DNA of 64,000 nt from Antedon mediterranea (Eukaryota; Animalia; Echinodermata), in contig NC_092670.1 in NCBI RefSeq assembly GCF_964355755.1, positions 16,540,795-16,604,794 on the forward strand. Direction: 5' to 3'. The notes under the pieces are model-generated. The model saw only the letters and a program-made list of their open reading frames with translations, was not told the DNA's origin and made no database searches. Shown piece after piece: positions 1 through 13,018 of this stretch; the stretch's first letter is position 1; the number at the start of each line of letters is the position of its first letter. Both the position numbers and the translations under genes were made by a program.

Positions 1-540
1 CAAAATCATTTGAAAACACCATGTTTTATTCTTTTTGTAGTTGGTAAGTGGTTAATAGCCACTGCATGAATAAAGGTAAGTGATAATAAACTGCAGGCTT
101 TGAAATGGTTAAATAGATATGGTGAACTATTGAATAATATGCGATCTGTGACCCTTGTAAACACACCTATATAAATGAATAGAAAGTGGTATGTACATAC
201 ACACTACTGTATTCATTTTATGAGGGATATGAAGTGGTTTGGTAATAAAAAAAAGATGGCTTCTTGCCAACAACTAGATCCACAGACGTCATTAAAAAGA
301 CTGTCGTCAAATAGAGTGTCATCACAGAGTATCAGGAAGCATTAAAAAGACAATATACATTAGAATTACATGCAGGAAACAGATCTTACAAAGCTGTCAA
401 CGGGTCTTTACAATAAGACAAATAAAAGAATAATATTTATTATCTTGAATATACTGTACAGTAAAACATGTAATACCCCTTTCACACTGCCTAGCAAAAC
501 TCTGGAGACGTCAACACTGTTGTTGTTTGTGCTATGCGCC

Positions 541-731
541 TTGTGTGTGTACACTCTAGAGGCATAAACACATGTGTTTTGTGTCATGTGCGCTCCAGTC
601 TGTGTAAACTTTAGAGGCATTAGCACCTGTGTTTTGAGTGGTGTCAGCCCCAGTCTGTGTAAACTTTAGAGGCATCAGCACCTGTGTTTTGAGTGGTGTC
701 AGCCCCAGTCTGTGAAAACTCCGCAGTCTGT
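541..731. repeat. 55-bp tandem repeat (about 3 copies) in a SMURF intron
   Basis: CCAGTCTGTG recurs at 595, 650 and 705, with a degenerate copy upstream. Confidence 0.9.
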
Positions 732-844
732 GAAAGGGGTACTGTATAATTTGCCATGCTAAAATCTTATGTACAACTGTAATCCCACTATGAACTGTAA
801 GCTCATTTACAAGTCCACCCTCAAGCCATTAAGCCTATACGTAC

Positions 845-3800
845 AAATCATAGTGTTGGTTCCATTTAGGGTCTAGTGTTCCTTTACAGGTACATGTGGA
901 ATGACATTGACCAGATCCATCCACCACCACTTTAGCAAATGCATCAGGTAGACCTGCAAATTAAATACATTTAATAATTATAACTATAACTAGCAAATTA
1001 AATTAGTGTACTTCAGAAGAAGTGTTCCTTTTCTTGAGATACCTCCTATTTAATTACATTTGTTAATTGTTTTATTACCAGTAAAATAGCCCAAAGGCTA
1101 TCCTCATACCACCATACTCACAAAATATTATTGAAAAATGTTAAATAAAAATATGTTAAAACAATATTTTATATACAAAATTAAATTAATTAAAGCTACA
1201 ACAATTTCCTTTATAATGAGAGATACTAATTATAATTTTATAGATTTCTTCCTTCAAAGAGTAGGGCTATAGGTACAGTATACTTTTTACAAATTTACTG
1301 TATCAAGATGTAGACACAATAATATACAATAAAACTACCTGAAATTTATGGTCTGACCACCTACAGTAAGTCACTAGAAGCTTGTTCTTATTTTCGATGT
1401 TTGTTTGCGTGTAATTATACTTAATGAAGCATGACAATCTAACTATTCTACCTCTTTCAATGAACACCAATTGATTAGCATATTTGATTGGCTACAGATC
1501 TTTATAATTTGTTCATTTTGACTTGTGAATTCAACACTTTATTTGGAGATCTTATTCTAGCCCGATTACACAAGGACGCTACTGTTTTATATTATGGAAT
1601 ATAGACTACTGTACTAGCACAGTTGAAAACCTAGTAATTGTTTTATACATTCCTCAGTATGCAGTTTCCCACATGAATTAAATATATTCAAATTGCCTCT
1701 ATTCTGTTGGCACAAAGCACAAAGAAATAACATAATATCTGGCTTGAAATAATATTAACAATTTACTAACATTAACACTAATACTTTAAATACAGCAGAA
1801 ATCATAGTATACTAATTATGGAGGTTAGCATTGACACACCCCAAATTGATATACTTTACCGGTAGTGTATAATTTTACTGAATTCTAACTGATATTAAAC
1901 AGACTAAGCTTTAATTGTTCCAGCACTTACAAAATGATTTCAATAGTTGAAAGAAGAATTAATTACACTAATTATGCATTTTTAAAATACTTACGGAAAA
2001 AGTCTCGTTTGTAAACATTTTTGGCACATAATACTGCAAGACAAAAAATAAATTATGATAATCATCAGAATGATTGCCATCCAGTGTACTGTAGCAACTC
2101 ATAGTAAAACACTTTGAGACAAAGCACACTGTATGACCCTGGCCAATATTATAGAGTTATTTAAATATAGCCATTCTCAATCTTACATTATATTGTAAAA
2201 AAACAAGACTAAACTGTTTTAATGCCCTAGTACAAATTATTTTAATTAGATTATTAATCCTACTTAATCCTGATATTAATGAGAATAAAATCAGTAAAGT
2301 TATCCATTCACTAAAAAAACCACAAAACCAGACAGATTGTTTTGTCTTGTCTGAGAGATAATTAATAAAATTCATAAACAGACGGAGGCCCAACATGCGA
2401 TGATATACTGTACTGTACATCACAGAATTTGTTTCAATGGAAAAATTGTACTGTCCTTATTTTGTCAAACTATTTTGATAGTGGAGACAGAGCTTTATTT
2501 ACTTTCACCAGTCAGTGCATGTTTTACTAATCCTGTCTACAACAAAGATGATGCCAACATTTTGGCTGGTTATTAGACTATTGCAGTCTCTTTATTCTTC
2601 TACACACTCAAGACTCAATCTTTCTGTACATGGTAATTCATTCATTAATACAGGATAAAAAGGCATTATTCAATAAGTCAAAAAAAGTCAAGGGTCGTTA
2701 TAATGTTTTAGACTCAATACACACAGAATACAAGGCACCGGCAAATCTGTTATTCTTTAAGTTTCAGAAATCAGGGCTCCGTCGATTAACACAAATCTGT
2801 TCCTCTCAAGAAAGTTGTCTCCATCAAAAACATATTGCTGGCTTTTTTTTATTGTGATAATTATTAATTGCTTCATGGTTTATAGCTTTCAAATTACAAG
2901 TACAGTAATAATAACAAAATATTTTTTTTGATAATTTATGAAATGACTCAAAAGGTTGGGTGGAATATAATCCTGTCAAAAGGATGAATTTTGGATTGAT
3001 TTAAAAGGCATAATTTAAACACTTTTAAGTATTAAATCAATCCAATTAGTATGTATAGTATTTTTTAGCAATTTATATTTTAATATTAAATCAAAATTCT
3101 ACACACTTTAAAAAGTGTGACTTTCCCGAAATTCTTTTAAAACAAAATACAGTTAGAAATGTCAATCCCAACCAGTAACACGACACTCATTCTTTTCACC
3201 AAATTTTGACAGGTCTGAATGTACTGTGACGTTTATAAACAGGATCCATATGCGCCTGTGAAACGGTAATTGAAGGATTAATTTGTAGCATGTTACTTCA
3301 GTACTTTATTGATCTTGTTCATAGTTTGTCTAGTCAGGCCACTTCCTCTCAGTAGTTGTCAATCCTCACACAATCATCATTATTCTGACTTTTTTCACAT
3401 TGTTTCAGAAAAATGTATTTATTTTAATTGAATAATTTAAGGTAAACAAATTCATTAATAATATATACAAAGTTATTGATCAATAAAAAAGATAGTTAAA
3501 CATAAACATAATTAAAGTTAAATACAAATAATAATATTTTAGGCCTATTATTAGATTTTAGTTCGTCTGTCTATAAAATAAACCAAACTTTAGACAAAAT
3601 AAAGAATAAAATATAGAATGGGATAGTACTACCCTAGAGGCCTTACTGTATCCCATTTGTTTCTCAAATTTGTCATTTGTTCTTTTTTCATTTATAAATT
3701 GATTTATGTATTTAATAATAATATTAATAATGTATTAATAATAATATGCCTAATCAATTGTTAAGGCTTAATTAAATTTATGGAGTAAATATGGGTCAAA

Positions 3801-4098
3801 TCTCATTTTTTTTTCTATCACAGCTTTATCTGTGGCTAGCGAGGTCTAGTTATCCCAATATAGTTAGGCATACTGTACCACACTGGCCTAGCCAAGCCTA
3901 GTAAAGTGGATGCCGCATAAAAAGGTGGTGGTGTGGTACGGTGTATATGGAATTATGTCAATGAGTGAGAAGCAGACGGCTCGACTGGCTGGGGCGACAA
4001 TCTATTTTCCGAAGAGAAATTTCATAACTACAAAAATACGACTTACCTGTTAACCGTAGCTTCATTGGTCCATCTCGTCTGCCTGTATGATTTGGCAT
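845..4098 (-). CDS. SMURF: E3 ubiquitin ligase SMURF (C2-WW-HECT), first three coding exons; gene continues off the left edge
   Basis: Exons 4047-4098, 1995-2033 and 845-953 all have GT-AG boundaries and consistent phases. They splice to MPNHTGRRDGPMKLRLTVLCAKNVYKRDFFRLPDAFAKVVVDGSGQCHSTCTCKGTLDPKWNQHYDL, the SMURF1/2 N-terminal C2 domain. Confidence 0.95.
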
Positions 4099-5057
4099 TA
4101 TATGATACGTGATAAACTATAGTATTCCTGTGTGGTGTGCCAAAAACGAGTCTAAAAAACCATCATTTCGTAGAGAGCTTTCAGGAAATCCCTGTGTGTA
4201 TCAACAGAAAATGGCCACTTTGACTGACCTTAACGTCATCAGCCAGATTGCTTAGTTTCCATACAGACGTAAAGAAAAAGGAATCAACTAGATTGGCTAG
4301 TCCATTTTTATAGAGGTATACCTACAACATACCAAGCAAGTACCTCGTTTTTATTCATATAATCAATTTGATTAATCTTTAATATTATATATTCATAAAA
4401 GAAATTGAATATGCTAAAATTAAAAAAAATAATCATTTTAAATTCTATTGGATATCATTCATTGCAGTAATTTACAAATTACACCTATAAAATAAGTAGA
4501 AGACCCAATGCGCCTACCGTGAGTCTGGATATTGTAGACAGGATATTTATTGTCTGGGTCAATGACACAAAGAAAGTTTTTGTATTTTTGTACGAAAAAA
4601 AGTTGTTTCATTTTTACGAATGTTTACACTTTACAGTACTCGAAAATTAATAATTTATAACTAGTCGTTTTTCCACCATGATTTGAAACAGTACACGTCA
4701 ACATTGTAGGAAAAATGCGTCGACTAGACCCTGATTTTGAATGAAACTTTTATAAATGTCGGAAAATTCTCTGGAACCGAAAAAGCATGATTTATTGCGA
4801 TCCATTATTGTTAATTTTTTTCGCACTGCCATGTTGGAGTTATTATAACTATGAAATGATTTAATACAACCACTAGCCACAAGACTAATATACTATCTGA
4901 TAAAACAGATAGGACATTATTATTATTATGAAATATCCTCACGTTTGACTAATTGAGTTTATGAAGAATTAAAGATGTATTGTCCCTCTGAAAAATTAAT
5001 TCTTAAATAAATTTTGGTTAAATATATGCCATTTTAAAATTCCACATAATAGTTATT

Positions 5058-5300
5058 CACTTTGACCAAAAATTGGATTAGAAAAAAATAAATATTTACC
5101 TGAAAAAACTGTATTTTAATGCAAAAAATAGTCAAATTGGCTGCCAGCCAATGGGTTTTTGGTTGAACTTAAAAATTTATTTTGTCATTTTATAAGTGAA
5201 AACATTATTTTTGTTTCGTTTTTTTTCTATGCACGTTTTCAAACTTATTAAAACTACAAAATGGCCTATTTAAACTTCATTTTTCATATTTTTGGGGGAT
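5058..5300. mobile_element. Dispersed repeat fragment, second copy at 33003-33254
   Basis: About 250 bp are shared in the same orientation (ACCAAAAATTGGATTA...GTCAAATTGGCTGCCAGCCA...TTTTTGGGGGA). Confidence 0.8.
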
Positions 5301-5599
5301 ACCGTAGTTTTTGTTTCAACCAAAATAGCCTGGGGTCTTCTGCGTACTACCTCTGATATGATAAATGTCACAGCGAGTGAAATGTAATTGTCAAATATTA
5401 CGTATTTAAATGCACAGAAGAAATGGAGTTTTTTTTGTGAAAAAAAGTTAAAACTATTTTTTTTTTAATAGAGGGCTCACTTCTAATTTCTTTAGATTTG
5501 ATATAAACGTAAAACCTTGTAAAATAAAATTCGTACACTCAAATTTCTATTTCTCTGACTTAGATAAAATGCTGACAAAGTCTTAATAGTTGGTTAAAT

Positions 5600-5914
5600 T
5601 GAATGTTCAATTGGATAAACGAAATTTAATTCTAAAATAATTAATTACATAATGAAGTTTATGATACTTGAAACCAAACAATAACTGAATATATTTGTGA
5701 ACATATTGTACTTAAAATTCACCTTCAGGAAGTGTTTTTATAAATCAAAAATAAGAATTTGAATGTTCAATTGGATGAACGAAATTTAATTTTAAACAAA
5801 TTAATTACTTAATGAAGTTTATGATACTTGAAACCAAACAATAACTGAATATATTTGTGAACATATTGTACTTAAAATTCACCTTCAGGAAGTGTTTTTA
5901 TAAATCAAAAATAA
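5600..5914. repeat. Near-perfect 160-bp tandem duplication
   Basis: GAATGTTCAATTGGAT... starts at 5601 and again at 5761, with few mismatches. Confidence 0.95.
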
Positions 5915-6055
5915 AAATCAGTCGGGACAGGCCTTAAATGTACAACTGAATTATATGTTTTGTATAAATTTTTAAAAAAGATTATTTCATACAACAGTGA
6001 GTATATTTAAAAAAACAGTAACTTTTCAAAAGTTTTTAAAAGCAGTTCAAAAGTT

Positions 6056-8109
6056 TTATTTTGAAATATTTTCTTTGTCAAGAAGTCCAAATGATGTCAG
6101 GACTTGGTGTTGTCTTGTGTTTCGTAATTGTTTCAGATCCTCTGCATATTGTTTCTCGCGTAATAGTTGTCGTTTCTGTTCTTCAAGGTCTGTTTTGTGT
6201 TCTTGCAATGCACGTGATCGACGGATTAATTTCAGAAGCTCATGCCGAAGTTCTCGGTTTTCTTGCTTTATTTTGTTGGTGTGATCTTGTAGACAAATTA
6301 GCGCTTCCTGAAAATAAAAACATATAGAAAATTCTTTCTTTTAAAATGTTGTGTATCAGTAATATCAGGTGAAGTTGACTTGGCTAGGTATTTTAGTCAT
6401 AAGGGCAACATTATAATAAAAAAAAAAAAGTTCTACTAAATTTACCCTATTAGCCTGTTGTGCAACCTGTTGAATTTTTCCATCCGATTCCTGTTGGAAG
6501 TCACGTTTCTCAGCAAGAAACTTGGACTTAAGTTTCTGAATTGTGTCAGTGTGTTTGCCACGCATACGCATCACTTCCTTTTCAAGGTCACGAATACGCT
6601 TCACTTGATCAGCTTGAAGTTTCTATAGTAACCAAAGAAGAAATGTTTTTTCTACACACTATCAAATTAGTTTGACAAAAAAGTGTGATGTGCCCAAATA
6701 TGTCACATCACATGTTTTTGTCATAAAGTTTGATAGTGTAGAAAGAGATTTAAAGACAACATGATCACTACTGATGATTGTATGTCTAGACTGTGTACAG
6801 CCTCTATAACAAAATAGTAGATGATGATGATAAAACAAATCGACTAGAGAACACGTATTTATGCATACCTTGTATTCATCCAATTCCTGCAATTCTTTAT
6901 TTGTTTTTGCAAGTTCAGAGTCCTTCTCCATCAATTCCTCACGCAAAACTACAGAAAATACACAGACAAGGTATTAAAATGATGCCCCAGTAAACAGACA
7001 TTTGAATTTAGTTCAAATTCCATGGATGTGAGATTAGTATTGGAATGAAATGCAAGCTGATCCTTATAATAAGAACTGTTAAACCAAGATTGACCTTTTT
7101 TCTTGACCTCATATTCACGTAACATAGACTCTTTCTGTTGGTTTATCTGACGAATCTCTTCTTGGTTCTGGTCGCTCAGTGTGATGATCGTAGTCTGCCG
7201 TTTGTGAGCTTTCTTTGCCATGTATGACATGTACTCATGCTGGTGAGAAAAGTTGATATATGTTATACACACTGTATCTAATATAACTTTACCGTTCGCT
7301 GGGCCTAGATATTGTGCAGGTCACGTTTTACATTTTAATTGTATTGACTAATGAATGATAATGAGGATGGTAGTATTGCATGTTTATCATGATTTTTATA
7401 CTCACACTTTCAACGCGTGTTTTATGCGCTTCCTCTTGCAGCCATTCATTTTCCCGACGACTTTGTTAAATTTAAGAAACTTCACAAAACAGATTGTGTA
7501 TAATTTATAATTGATTTTCATTTGGCATATTGAAAACCCAAATATTAAGCTGCGATTGATTTTTCAATAGAAGCCTATAAAATAATATATCTTTAATGTT
7601 ATTATATCTTTATTAGAAAAATGAGAAAAAGTTTTAGTAATACGATGAAATAGTTCAAATTGGAGTTGTTTAATTATAGAATTTCACATTTTTATACTTT
7701 TTTTTGTCTACATATCAAAGGATACAGTTCGTCAACCCTTTTCTTCAAACCAGCAAGTTCATCAGTTAGAGAATCAAGTCTGAAAAGTAAACAAAAATGT
7801 GCACTGTGACTATAAGTATAATAAATAAAGTGTCATTTTAATTGTATTTAAAAGAAAATTAAAAATAAGGCCTAGCCAACATGCACTCGGCAATACTGGC
7901 CTAGCCTAATATTAAGAGGCCTAGAGCCTAGTAGGCCTAGCTAGGTAGGCTAGTAGTAGTAGGCCTAGCAATTGTTAAATGAGAAAATTAATGTACTCTC
8001 GCTTAAGAAGTATTTCTTTCTCAGTAGCTTGAGCCGGCTCTTCCACTTCTCCTTCAGCGTCATCTTTAGGTTTATTTTTTCCCTTTCCTTTGCCCTTTTT
8101 AGGTGGCAT
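6056..8109 (-). CDS. CCDC166: Coiled-coil protein CCDC166-like (DUF4515 family), 7 exons, about 291 aa
   Basis: Exons 7997-8109, 7726-7779, 7406-7460, 7095-7239, 6869-6948, 6446-6622 and 6056-6307 total 876 nt in frame. The protein MPPKKGKGK...RENEWLQEEA...YMSYMAKK...RIRDLEKEVMRMR...KSKFLAEKRDF...HTNKIKQENRELRHELL resembles vertebrate CCDC166 as recalled. Confidence 0.85.
6651..6750. mobile_element. Palindromic MITE, family A, degenerate copy in a CCDC166 intron
   Basis: CACTATCAAA...GTGTGATGTGCCCAAATATG...TTTGATAGTGTAGA. Confidence 0.75.
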
Positions 8110-8287
8110 TTTTAATTTTATTAAGATTATAAATTTCAGATTCTTGTGTTAGGTGTTGTCAAGTGGTTGGTGGTTGAAAGGTCAATAAACTCTTCTTCGT
8201 AGTAGTAGTACAGAGAGAGCTTAGGAGGCTCGTCTACTTTGTTTGTATGCGAAAAAGTCATTTAAAAAAAAATCATACATTTTCAAA
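8110..8287. promoter_or_regulatory. Compact bidirectional promoter shared by CCDC166-like and LSM11
   Basis: Only 178 bp separate the two divergent ATGs (8109 on -, 8288 on +). Confidence 0.8.
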
Positions 8288-10579
8288 ATGGACGCGCCCG
8301 CCGAACAAGACGTGGATCCCGAATTAGATCTATGTTCATCAAACTTTAATCCACTCAAAGCCTTATATTCTTCAGAAGTGGAAATACCATGCCCATCTGC
8401 GGAAAAATCGCAATCACTTGATGAGTACGATGTCGATGGGAGGAAATCAAAAGCTCAGGTGTGCAACGAAAAGCTAGGCCCCACCACCACTCGTTTAGTA
8501 GAGTAGGCCCTCTATCTAGCTTTTTTGATGAGCAGATTCCGGGGCTTTTGTGGGTGATGGGAGAACACCACATGCCTAGCCTCAAGATCGAACAAGTCCT
8601 GCTGCATGCTGTGTATGGAGAGGATTTTCATAGAAATGAAAAATAATTTTCACAATAATAATGACAAGAGAGATTTAATTAGTTGATTCTTCGTTTTTAT
8701 GTTTTTTTAAAGGTTTTCCATCCCCCAGCCAGCTGGAGGAGGATGAAGCCTGGTTGATTTTTATCTGGAAGATTACCTCCTCCAGCCAGTTATTATGCCT
8801 CCAGCCCCGGGCCCCACCCAATATACGGACCTAGTGTCAGTAGTACTATTTAGAACAAAAACACCACCTATTTTGGCTTATATCTTTCATTATATTTTTA
8901 TTAGGAAAAGGAAAAGACTGAAAATGTGGAAAAGGTTAAGAAAAAAATTCTTTTAGAAGAATACTTGCTTCCAGTCCAAAGTAAAAAGAAAGTAGAAATC
9001 AATGTGTTGTCGCGTATGCAAGGTACAGTTTACACAAATAATGCTCATTTCTTGTAGAAAATTAAACATTTTAAATTCTGTCTAGCCTAGTGGAAATAGC
9101 CTTATAATGAAATGGCCTAATTTATTTTAAATGGAGATAATACTATAGTACTTTAAATTTCTCAAATACAATTTAAAAACATGAATAAAAAAATGTTGAT
9201 AAAAGTATATAAATAAATAATATATATATAATTCCAGAGAGCAAACATTTTTTTTTTCTCTTTTTAAATCAGATCCAATATCCGGTCATATGGAAGTGTT
9301 ACATGAATGCTTACAGAAAAGAATACGTGTACGCGTTGTAACTCGGTCATTTAAAGGGATCCGTGGAGTCTGTATCGGTTATATTGAAGCGTTTGATAAG
9401 TTTTTCAATTTGGTAAGACAATACATAAACTGCTGTACTTGTAATATTATGTAACGTCTTTGAACATTGTTAGATTTTCAGCTACGTAAAACAAACTCAC
9501 CTTACACAGTTGTGTTTTTTTTTCATGGCAACCATCATTATTTATGTTAATACAGGTTTTGCGAGATGTCGATGAAATCTACAGAATACCTTCAAAAGGT
9601 CAAAGGTTCTACCATGAAGAAGCTTTAACAGTTTGTAAGGTACAGTAGGTTTGTTCTTGGACTAAATGTTTGTCTCTAGAAGATATGATCGTTGATATTT
9701 TTTATTGATTCTTGTCATGGTAGAGCAATTCTTTTGACATAACACACTTAATGTTTCTTTTTATTTTAGATTCTAAATTTCAGTTCACAAATTCCCGTAA
9801 GAACAAAAAAAGAAAGAAATGAGATGAAAAAGCATCATTATACAAAAACAAAGCGATCACATGGTCCAAAAAGGTCAATTAGTTTAGAAAAAAAGAAAGG
9901 TGAAAGTTCATATTCGAATGACCCTGGAACAACTAGGGATGACCCTGGAGACAGATTAGAAGATAAAGAGACTGATGACACAAAAGATGATGATGAGGAT
10001 AAACAAGGGTTAGAAACGCTAGAAGAGGAACTGAAAAAAATGCATTATAAACTTGCGATCGAGGAGGATTCTGAAGGTGAGGTAAAGGAAGCAGACGATG
10101 ACCTTTCTGGTCTTCAGGTTAGACTCGCTTTGTTGCAAGAACAACTTGAAACAGAGGAACAATTGGATGTTACAAAAGGTCAAAAAGAAAGTGTCAAAAC
10201 TGACACGACGTTAGAAATATCACAAACTGATGCATCAAAAAACAAAAATTCTAAGGAAAATTGTAATAAAATTCAAACAGTAGACAATATAGAAAAAGAA
10301 GCAAAGACATTAGATAAAAAAGATAAAGATACATCAGAAAAACATGATGTAAATTCCAAAAAACATGATGTAAATTCCAAAAAAGATTTGTCAAAAAATC
10401 AACCAATCAGTGAACAACCAACAGGAAAGAAAAAAATGAGGGCAGCAGACCACCAATGTGGTAAAATTAAATTCAAACCAGAGGACTTTTTGAGACGGCA
10501 TGCAAATCAAATGTTTGTAAGAGGAGATAATATTGTACTTGTTTCTGTGAATTCATCATTATTGGCGGCAGACTACTAA
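8288..10579 (+). CDS. LSM11: U7 snRNP-specific Sm-like protein LSm11, 5 exons, about 440 aa
   Basis: Exons are 8288-8458, 8905-9022, 9273-9412, 9556-9639 and 9770-10579. It has the N-terminal LDLCSSNFNPLKALYS, Sm1 [37 protein letters not shown] and Sm2 RHANQMFVRGDNIVLVS. AATAAA lies near 10628. Confidence 0.93.
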
Positions 10580-10787
10580 AAGGAATAATACAGAAGTTCT
10601 AAGTTTTAACAAAAGTTTTTTATTTTAATAAATAAAACATTTAATAAATAAAACTGTGTTTAAGTGCTTATTTTATGTACTGTATTTAATATCCATACAG
10701 TAAAAATGAATGAATGAAAGTTGAAAACATGAAAGAGAGGTTACATTAATTAGTTTTCATTTTCAATAAACATTGATTTATACTCTT

Positions 10788-10886
10788 AAGCTCTGTCTAC
10801 ACTATCAAAAAAAGTGTGATATGCCCAAATATGGAAGTGATGTGACATCAACATGTCCATGAAGTTTGAAAGTGTAGATAAAGCTT
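10788..10886. mobile_element. Palindromic MITE, family A
   Basis: TIR AAGCTCTGTCTACACTATCAAA ... TTTGAAAGTGTAGATAAAGCTT, flanked by TA. Confidence 0.85.
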
Positions 10887-11234
10887 TACAAAAACTAGTT
10901 AAAACAATTTGACTAAGTTATTTAATTCCAACTTGCTTGTTGGATTGTACACGAACATAATTTATTTTAAAATAAAAACAACATAAATAAAAGAAGTGAA
11001 TACTTGTCGTCAAATTAATATGAGCAATAACAATTATTTTTTTAATTTATCAATATTTTCAGCTTAAGAAGTAACAAAATATACATATTAGTGTATGACT
11101 GTGCTTCTCAAGTTTTTAATTATTCATCTCAATGTGAAGAATACAACACCATGTTATAAAAATCAATTAAAATTTACTGCATAATTCTAAAATCTATTAC
11201 AAACACTTATTTAACAAAATTACATGATTGATGA

Positions 11235-12255
11235 TAGTACTGTATGTACTACTGTACTGTATGTACACAGTACTGTATGTACTACTGTACTGTACGGTAC
11301 ACAGTACTGTATGTAGTACTGTACTGTATGGTACACAGTACTGTATGTACTACTGTACTGTATGGTACACAGTACTGTATGTACTACTGTATGGTACACA
11401 GTACTATATGTACTACTGTACTGTATGGTACACAGTACTGTATGGTACACAGTACTGTATGTACTACTGTACTAGTACTGTATGTACTACTGTACTAGTA
11501 CTGTATGTACTACTGTACTAGTACTGTATGTACTACTGTACTGTATGGTACACAGTACTGTATGTACTACTGTACTGTATGGTACACAGTACTGTATGTA
11601 CTACTGTACTAGTACTGTATGTACTACTGTACTGTATGGTACACAGTACTGTATGTACTACTGTACCAGTACTGTATGTACTACTGTACTGTATGGTAAA
11701 CAGTACTGTATGTACTACTGTACTGTATGTACTACTGTACTGTATGGTAAACAGTACTGTATGTACTACTGTACTGTATGTACACAGTACTGTATGTACT
11801 ACTGTACTGTATGGTAAACAGTACTGTATGTACTACTGTACTGTATGGTACACAGTACTGTATGTACTACAGTACTGTATGGTACACAGTACTGTATGTA
11901 CTACTGTACTGTACGGTACACAGTACTGTATGTACTACTGTACTGTACGGTACACAGTACTGTATGTACTACTGTACTGTACGGTACACAGTACTGTATG
12001 TACTACTGTACTGTACTGTACGGTACACAGTACTGTATGTACTACTGTACTGTATGTACTACTGTACTGTATGTACTACTGTACTAGTACTGTATGTACT
12101 ACTGTACTGTATGGTACACAGTACTGTATGTACTACTGTACTGTATGGTAAACAGTACTGTATGTACTACTGTACTGTATGGTACACAGTACTGTATGTA
12201 CACAGTACTGTATGTACTACTGTACTGTATGGTACACAGTACTGTATGTACACAC
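11235..12255. repeat. About 1-kb satellite with ~34-bp unit CAGTACTGTATGTACTACTGTACTGTATGGTACA and shorter variants
   Basis: The tandem array is directly visible and is built from GTACT/GTATG sub-units. Confidence 0.97.
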
Positions 12256-13018
12256 TAATAGTACACTCAATATATATACTGACTATCAAAACATACAGTA
12301 AAATCCATATTAGAAAGTCACTTTTAAGTCATAATTTTAAACCCCACATTCAAATCACAGGAAATGGTCCTATGAATAGGGGTGTTAGGAAAGGGTCACA
12401 TGATTTTATAATACATCATGATGCATGTCAAATAAATAAAAATGGTGTAGAATGAAAATACAAGGTTACATTTAAGTTATATAAACAATACACAGAGGGG
12501 TTCTCTGTATTCAACATATGAAATTTAATTTGAAAGTTTATCAATTAAATTAATAACGCATACATTATACATGTATTAAACAATTTAATAAACTTGATTA
12601 AAATAAACCAATTGTCTAAGTGAAATCTTATTCATACTTTTTTTTGTGAAAAGTAACATTAAATTATATTGATATGATATAATCAGTATCGTCTAACTAT
12701 GGAGGTATGAAATATACTGTATATATTATTTTTATATCTCCATGATCTAACATATTTATAAAAAACTAAAACAGGTTCGTTCTGTATGCCATTTTTGCAA
12801 CCGGGTATCAATAAGCAATACTTCAACAATAATAATATACAATATTGAATAAAAATGCTGAAAATAACATATAAAACATTGCATCCACATAATTACCGGT
12901 GACAGTAAATAATGTTCTAATTTCTAATAGTACTTTAAGCAACAATCAAGCATGCTAAGGAATTACAAACATTTAAAAATAGAGCAGCTCAGTTTACTCT
13001 GGTTCCATTTAAAGTTAG

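Noticed and set aside
5997-6327. Plus-strand ORFs
   Set aside because: They are antisense shadows of the last CCDC166 exon.
11220-12455. Multiple long Y/C/T/V-rich ORFs
   Set aside because: They are translations of the satellite, open in several frames on both strands.
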